Of a DNA stretch of 64,000 nucleotides, positions 56,587 to 64,000 are shown piece after piece. Source of the DNA: Eledone cirrhosa (Eukaryota). The first letter of the stretch is position 1; each line of letters begins with the position of its first letter. The position numbers were made by a program, and so were the translations under genes. The notes below the pieces were generated by a model that worked only from the letters and a program-made list of their open reading frames with translations, did no database searches and had not been told where the DNA came from. The stretch covers positions 11,594,001 to 11,658,000 of the forward strand of contig OZ024747.1 in the NCBI GenBank assembly GCA_964016885.1. Reading direction: 5' to 3'.

Positions 56587-57726
56587 TTGCATGTATAAAT
56601 GTGTGTGTATGTGAATAAAAGTGTAGGGCAGTTTACAAGGGAACTAACTCAGCTGTCAGTTGAAATTTAAAGTCAACCAATGCTAGACATGATGGTGCCT
56701 TAAGCCGATGGCTGAATAAAAGAAATAACACGTGCAGGTATAATGAAATAACACGTGCAGGTATAAAGTATTTATCATTTTATCATTATGAGATGAAATA
56801 ACAACCAAGGTCTGCAGATGACACAACCGTAAGTTATGAGAAGTTATGGAGATTATATATTATAATAGTGTTAATAAACATAAGAAGATGGGGATTTAAT
56901 AATTTAATAGTGTTAATATACATAGGAAGACGGTGATTTAATAATATTAGTTAAGAAGATTGTGATTTAATATAATAGTTAGTATTAATATACATAAGAC
57001 AGATGACATTAAATACCATAAACAGATAACATTGAGGCAGCTATGGTTGCTGGTATTTATGCTTACACACACACTCACACATAATTTAATGCTGTCAAAG
57101 GCAACGATGAGCAAAAATGCATCAGAGGACAGAAACCAGCAGCCAATGGTCAACAGAGAAATAATCCACGAGGTGGGTGACAGGCAGATTAAATATAGAA
57201 AAGATTGAGAGAGGGGGACAACAAGGAGAAGTGCACTAGCACACAGAGGTGACTGGAAGAAGGAAATAAAGAAAGGCGATATGTGTGTGTGCGCATGCGT
57301 GTGTCATTAAAAGGACAAGACATGACTTTATTAGTGTTAACAAACTTAAGATGGAGATGAAATACTAGTATTAGGCTGTTTAGAGGTTTTATATTTTTAT
57401 TTGTTTCAAAATATTTTAAAGAATATATACTCATACACGGTATGTAAATGTAGATAGCGTTTTGTGTAAAAGTAGATATCATTTTAAAGAATATATACTC
57501 ACACACGCTATGTAAATGTAGATAGCGTTTTGTGTAAATGTAGATAGCGTTTTCAAGAATATATACTCACACTCGTGTAAAGGTAGATATCGTATTAAAG
57601 AATATATACTCACACTCGTGTAAAAGTGGATATCGTTTTAAAGAGTATTTTATATTTTTTATTTCTATATAATCCATTTTAAAAATAAAAAGCATTTTTG
57701 TCAATTTTCACATCTTTGAAGTTAAA

Positions 57727-58185
57727 ATGTCAAAAGAAGACTTTCGCCAAATTTAATTTTATGAGTTTAAACTCGGCTGCAATGCAGCACGAACAGCTAC
57801 ATACATTAACGAAGTTTCAGGCCAAGAAAGTGTTCATGAATACACAGTGCAATGTTGGTTTAAAAGATTCCATTATGGTGAATTTACTCTTGAAGATAAG
57901 GAAGATCACAGACGTTCTTCTGACATTAACAACGATAAATAAAATAAGATAAAACTTTTGTAGAAGCAAATCCTCGAGCTGCTGTTCGGGAGATTGCAGG
58001 AGAGCTAGGTGTAAGTATTGGAACAATTTCTGAATATTTGGACAGAATTGGAAAGTCGAAGAAGCTTCATGTCACATGATTAGAATAAAAACTAGAAATA
58101 TCATCGCTATGAAATCTTTGGACCGAGATAAAGTTTCTAAACACTTCCCAAAGTTGCACCAAAAGAAGCTGATATTGATGGTCAG
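57727..58185 (+). pseudogene. Mariner (Mos1/Hsmar1-like) transposase N-terminal fragment
   Basis: MSKEDFRQI*FYEFKLG.NAA.TA..IN...TVQCWFKRF..GEFTLED...VEANPR..VREIA.ELGVS..TIS...IGKSKKL...KHFPK.LHQKK. Confidence 0.85.
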
Positions 58186-58564
58186 CAGCCGGATTAATCC
58201 CCCTGCCATTTCCCCAACAGGCCTGCCCCTCCTGGAAGTAATAGACCTAGGGCTGGATTTACACATTGGGGGGCCCCGGGGCACTTCAGGGTAGGGGTGC
58301 TCCTCATACACAAAAAATTAGAATACACCGTAAACCTCCCCAATTTTACATATCAAAGTTAGTTTGGCGCAAGTAATTGGAAATATGCAGCGTTATAACC
58401 TAGTTAGTATACATACCCCCCCCCCCCCTACACACATACATACACACACACACATTATTCTGAAGGTATCAGAAGTTCGATTTCCGACGAGGCGTTGTGT
58501 TTTATTCCACGTTGCTCCAACTTGAATGGAGGATGTGAGTTGTTTCAGTGATTCAAAAGTAACA

Positions 58565-58768
58565 GTCTTCTTCTACTTCTTTTTCGCGCACTTATTGCTG
58601 AGAGGGTCGTTGGGGGTAGAGTCCTTAAACACTCCTTCCAGCCGGTCCTGGCTGGGCCCAGCTGGATCCCCAAGCGAAACCAGCCAAGCTCATGGATGTT
58701 ATCCAACCATTTTGCTCGGGGTCTACCCCTGGGTTTCCTGTCGGTTGGTTTTGCCCGTAAAATCTGTT
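58565..58768 (-). mobile_element. RTE 3' fragment (same family as 20989-21770)
   Basis: QILRAKPTGNPGVD/RGRPR.KWLDNIHEL across a frameshift, with a (GAA)-like tail. Confidence 0.7.
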
Positions 58769-58779
58769 GTTGTTGTTAT

Positions 58780-58925
58780 GTAGTGGCTAGGGTGTTGGAT
58801 TAAAAAAGTGCTTCAGTATTTGTTCTGATTCACGGTACTCTGGGTTCGGATCCCGCCGAGGTCGGCTTCGCTTTTCATTTTTTCGAGGTCAATAAAAATA
58901 ATACCAGTCCAGTACTGAGGTCAAT
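58780..58925 (+). mobile_element. SINE family 2, diverged
   Basis: ctctgggttcggatcccgccgaggtcggcttcgcttttcat...taccagt. Confidence 0.65.
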
Positions 58926-58953
58926 ACCCCCTCTCTCTCTTATATATATAAAT

Positions 58954-59577
58954 CTAAGGCGGGTAAAATTCCCGAGATCCATGGACGAGTTCTCTCCAGC
59001 GGTCTCTGTCCCTCATTATCGCTGCCATGTCCTGCATTTCCAACAGACCAGTGTCTGTCCTTAGGGCATCAACATACGTTAACCTTGGTCTTCCTCTTCT
59101 AGTGTGTCCATGTAGGGGCTCCCAAAGGAGCACTGAGTGCAATGTCAACTCTGGATGTCGGTGAGCATGTCCAGCTAACCTCAGTCTCCTCTGTGTCACT
59201 TTTGAGCTGACTTTTGGGATGCTCCCATACAGCTCTGAGTTTTTCATCCTCAGTGTATACTGATTAATGTTCAGAGCCATCCTCAGCATTCTCGTGTAGC
59301 ACCCATCCACCATCTGAGTGAGTTTCTTGGTCAGTGTCCAAGTCTCAGACCCATACAGCAGCACAGACTCCACTACAGCAATGAAGAGGCGGATTTTCAG
59401 GTCTCTACGAAGTCATTACACCTGATGGGATGACAGAGTTCTTTGAGATACTGGCTGGAGTGCTCCAGGGAGATACATTGGCTCCCTACCTTTTTATCAT
59501 CGTAGTGGACTACTGTATGCGCCTTGCACTGGAGAAACACCAGGACTCTGGTTTTACTGTATCACCGGCTCAGAGCA
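58954..59577 (-). mobile_element. RTE-X LINE 3' part with an inverted 5' segment
   Basis: Minus 59410-58954: KIRLF...ESVLLYGSETW...RRLRLAGH...RGRP. Plus 59411-59577: TPDG.TEFFEILAGVLQGDTLAPYLFIIVVDY. Confidence 0.9.
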
Positions 59578-59597
59578 TATATATATATATATATATA

Positions 59598-59788
59598 TAG
59601 GAACCAGTAAGACCCCGACAGCTGAGCTCAAGCCGTTTCGACGGCTAATTCTGGACTGAATTAGCCGTCGAAACGGCTTGAGCTCAGCTGTCGGGGTCTT
59701 ACTGGTTCCTATTACCCACTCTACTACCTCAAGTATTGAGTACTTTGGTGCGTTATGGTCCACCTGGTTCCTTACCACATTTCCTTCG

Positions 59789-59790
<2 letters not shown>
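59598..59790 (+). mobile_element. Family B fold-back element
   Basis: Axis at about 59654. GAAA at 59670-59673, GTC^ at 59690-59692. (TA)n flanks. Confidence 0.9.
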
Positions 59791-59854
<64 letters not shown>

Positions 59855-60161
59855 AAGAACTCAGCTGTTCCGACTTGGAGAGGGATGTACTCTAACAGGT
59901 TTACAAGACCCAAAGTACGCTGTATCAGAACAATGGTGACCTCATGACTCCAACAGGAGTTCAGGGCTTTTTACTTTACATATTAGGGATAGATATCAGG
60001 TATTTTGAGTCCCCTTTCTCTCTTTATCTCTCCAAACAATCATGTTCAGGTGGCCTTACATAATCTCTCCCAAGAGCCTTGGGTGAATGACGGTTACTAA
60101 GTGTATGAGTGTGTGACTATGTGCGTGCGTGTATGTTTGTGACTGTGTGCGTGTGTGTGTG

Positions 60162-60200
<39 letters not shown>

Positions 60201-60220
60201 ATGTGTGCGTGTATGTGTGC

Positions 60221-60258
<38 letters not shown>

Positions 60259-60586
60259 CTGTGCGTGTATGTGTGCGTGTGCATGTGCGTGTGTATGTGT
60301 GTATGTATGTGTGTGTGTGTATGTGTGTATGTGTGTATGTGCGCGCGTGTGTTCGTGCATTCATGTGATCTATGATGAAGTACTATTAAAATAAAATGTA
60401 AAGTATTTTGTAATCGATATCTACATATCTTCACTTGTGTTATCCAGAATTAAAATATCCATTTACTAATAACAGAATCATAAATAGGATGCTAACAATT
60501 ACTTTTGTTTTGTTCTTCAGGAATGGAAGAGTCGCTACTTCGCTGCCCTAAAGGATTGGCCGGATGGATGAAATCTATATATAATA

Positions 60587-60737
60587 TAATTGTTTCTACT
60601 TTTGGCACAAGGCCAGCAATTACCCAGTGTATTACTGGTACTTTATTTTATCGACCCCGTAAGGATGAAAGGCAAAGTCAACCTCGGCGGGATTTGAACT
60701 CAGATTGTAAAGGGACGTAACTATGCTGGAAAGCATG
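60587..60737 (-). mobile_element. SINE family 2, 5'-truncated
   Basis: Nearly identical to 20117-20267. Confidence 0.85.
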
Positions 60738-60839
60738 AATAGTTAGTGTTAAGATATTTAAGGTGGAAAGCAGTAAATATTAGAAAACTATAATGTCTTA
60801 AACTACAGCTGCTTCTGTAAGTATTGTGTAGATTAAGCT

Positions 60840-61500
60840 TATCAACAGGTGTGATTTGGTAAACAGATTACATATACATATATATACATATATATAATAT
60901 ATATACATACATATCAATAGGTGTGATTTGGTAAACAGGTGACATATACATATATATATACATATATATATATACATATATATACATATATATACATATA
61001 TATACATATATATACATACATATCAATAGGTGTGATTTGGTAAACAGGTGACATATACATATATATATATACATATATATACATATATATACATACATAT
61101 CAATAGGTGTGATTTGGTAAACAGGTGACATATACATATATATACATATATATATACATATATATACATATATATACATATATATATACATATATATACA
61201 TATATATACATACATATCAATAGGTGTGATTTGGTAAACAGGTGACATATACATACATATATACATATATATATATACATATATATACATATATATACAT
61301 ATATATACATACATATCAATAGGTGTGATTTGGTAAACAGGTGACATATACATACATATATACATATATATATATACATATATATACATATATATACATA
61401 TATATACATACATATCAATAGGTGTGATTTGGTAAACAGGTGACATATACATACATATATACATATATATATATACATATATATACATATATATACAAAT
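60840..61500. repeat. Minisatellite tatcaataggtgtgatttggtaaacaggtgacata plus variable (TA/CA)n
   Basis: 7 constant units at about 60840, 60912, 61021, 61098, 61215, 61314 and 61413. Confidence 0.9.
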
Positions 61501-61571
61501 ATACACATACATACATACACATACACATATACATATATATACACATATTTATATATATATACATACATATA

Positions 61572-62380
61572 TCTTATTTATTTGCGTTCCAGCCGAGGGG
61601 CTGAGGCCATGCTGGGCCACCCCCACCGATGCTACGCTTTCTATAGCCAGTCTTCCCAGGTTGGCCCTTAATGTAAAAGGGAGTTTGTTGCTGCTGCTCT
61701 TATTTGTGCTTCGCCTCGTGCTGTGGGTTTATCAGGGATCTTGGTCAGTAGAATGTCGAGATGTCTCTTGAAAACCTCTACCTGTACACCATATATATCT
61801 CTCAGAGTTTTTGGCAGCTTGTTAAAAAGCTGGGGTCCCTTGAAACCCAGGTTATTGCACTATATGGTCCTTATTCTTGATGCGACGGATGAAACCTTTG
61901 GCAGCACACAGTGACGACCTGTTCGTGGGCTGGTCCTACTTTCAATGCCGAAGTTTGGTGCTAACCCTTCCAGGATCTTCCAGAGGTATATCATTGCGTA
62001 GCTCTCGCGTCTCCGCTCCAGGTAGTAAAGCCTTAATTTCTTCAGCCTCTTCCAGTAGCTCATCTCTTTCCTTGAGGCAATTCTCTTGGTGTAGCTTCGT
62101 TGGATTGCTTCAAGTTCTGCAATTAGTTTGACACTGTTTGGCAACCACAGCTGAGAGCAATAGTCCAGTCGGCAGAGCACAAAAGTCCTCCAGAGGATCA
62201 ATATGGTTTCCGAGTCTCTTGTTCTGAATGTCGTCAGAATACAACACGCCAGGCGTCTGCACATTGTCATCATTTTGGTGATGTCTCCATGAAACGATGC
62301 ATCATTGCTCATCTTAATACCCAGGCCCTGTATTTTGACTCTGGGATTTTGATTCCTCCTGGTCCAGTGTACCTTTGTTG
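61572..62380 (-). mobile_element. CR1/L2-group LINE 3' fragment
   Basis: TFRTRD...RLDYCSQLW...EAIQRSYTKRI...LERRRE. The 3' UTR ends ggcccagcatggcctcagcccctcggctggaacgcaaataaaataaga. Confidence 0.85.
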
Positions 62381-62521
62381 TGATGGTCCTATGTGAGTTG
62401 ATAGCAGAGGGATTGAAACTTACCTGCATTAAATTGCGAATTGTTGTTTTCAGCCCATGGCATCTAAATCATGTGGTATTTGTGCTACTTTCGTCTCATC
62501 ACACACACACACATATATATA

Positions 62522-62561
<40 letters not shown>

Positions 62562-62911
62562 TATTATTATATAGTTATACTTGGTGAGTGTCATATTGTT
62601 CTAATAATATTGCCAGAAATAATAACAGAACACACTCACTGCATGTTTAATTGATAATAATTAAGGTTTTTCGCGTTTTCAATTAATCTGACGAGCATCA
62701 AGCTAACTGTCGACCTATTTTCCGAAAATGGAATGGAATGAGGGGGGGCGAGTTGGAGGAGAATTTTGTGTACTTTTAACACATAGTTACTGTATCTTCG
62801 TCCGTAATGTTATCAATATATATATAGAGAGAGAGGGATACACTACACCTCTCACTCTCAAACTACCTCCTCCTCTCACTAACTGAAATATTTGTTGTCA
62901 ACTGGCCTGAC

Positions 62912-62977
<66 letters not shown>

Positions 62978-63170
62978 ATAGATATCTATATCCTTATAAA
63001 AAGGGAGTATATTTATATGTTCAACACTAAATAAAATTGATAATAATTAACGTTTTTCGGATGTTTTCAAATAATCTGACCGACATTATTGCTTCTGTGC
63101 GCGTACGTGCTTGTCTGTGCACGTTAGTGTGTGTGTGTGTGTGTGAATTCTTTTGTTTATATGTATATAT

Positions 63171-63281
63171 AACGAAGGAAATGTGGTAAGGAACCAGGTG
63201 GACCATAACGCACCAGAGTACGTTCAGACCTAGCTGTCGAAACGGCCGGAGCTCAGCCGTCGGGGTCCTGACTCTTTTCCG
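63171..63281. mobile_element. Family B element, inverted with a central deletion
   Basis: Antisense tail at 63171-63221 joined to sense tagctgtcGAAACGGC...GCCGTC^GGGG. Confidence 0.85.
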
Positions 63282-63414
63282 ATATATATATATATATATT
63301 CATTAGTTAAGCAAAACAAGACCACAAATTTCACAAGGAAGACATTATTAAAAAATTGTCAACATATTTTAGTTTGATGTAAGGAATGTAGAGAATAATA
63401 ATAATAATATTAAT

Positions 63415-63595
63415 AATAATTGTTTCTACTTTAGGCACAAGGCCAGCAATTACCCAGTGCAATACTGGCACTTTATTTTATCGACCCCGTAAGGATGAAA
63501 GGCAAAGTTAACCTCGACGGGATTTGAACTCAAACCGTAAAGGGACTTAACTATGCTAGAAAGCATGGCGTCCAACCCTCTACTGATACTGCCAA
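63415..63595 (-). mobile_element. SINE family 2 inside a carrier repeat
   Basis: Homologous to 20120-20295. Confidence 0.85.
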
Positions 63596-64000
63596 TAATG
63601 TCCGTTTACAATTGTTTCGCTACTCCATATAATATTTCTGGATCAAATGACTATATATCATTATTGATCTGGTTCAGTTGTAAATAATTAACATAGTTAA
63701 AGATAGAGCGGCTCATCGGAACTTCAAAGGAATATAAATTAAAATAAGGAAAGAATGTTACATAAATGTAATATTCCATATATTGGTATTTCACTATGGT
63801 GTCCTGGGTGTATCAATTGTCTGTCATAATCAAGCAGTATTCTTCTGTCGAGGCTACATTGTGTGAGATCTGCCTATGGGTAACAATATGGCTGCCAATG
63901 GACATATTTACCTTACTAATTAGAGGGTGGTTTCAGGGGAAGTAACTCCTCGAGAGATTAGAAATTCTGGGTAGTTTATAGTTAAGTGCTAATTTTTTTA

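Noticed and set aside
58253-58300. hAT-like terminal sequence; also a Tc2-like end at about 20811 and a piggyBac-like end at about 10243
   Set aside because: Only one end is recognisable in each case, with no matching TIR or TSD.
60840-61500. Repeat-spacer array resembling CRISPR
   Set aside because: The spacers are only TA/CA microsatellite and the context is eukaryotic.

Overview
This is AT-rich eukaryotic DNA saturated with repeats, and I can support no intact host gene in it. The SINE families, LINE types and (TA)n/(CA)n/(TACA)n density suggest a cephalopod (Octopus-like) intergenic or intronic region; this is inference. Most ORF-track entries are microsatellite artefacts ([16 protein letters not shown]). 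The real coding remnants all come from transposons. They include a near full-length GC-rich RTE LINE (26.0-29.7 kb), a 5'-truncated Penelope-like element with an open RT plus GIY-YIG frame (Naiad-type, 40.1-43.0 kb) and a CR1/L2-group LINE (47.3-49.3 kb). There are also fragments of R4/Dong, Tx1, RTE-X, BovB-like RTE, CRE and Tc1/mariner, plus many tRNA-derived SINEs. The most striking unannotated signal is at least five unrelated families of short non-coding inserts in (TA)n arrays. They are fold-back palindromes carrying hammerhead-ribozyme (HHR) motifs. One has an apparently intact minimal HHR on both strands. Several turn around inside the predicted HHR stem II, and one turns exactly at the predicted self-cleavage site. 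All structures were read by eye and no searches or folding programs were run.
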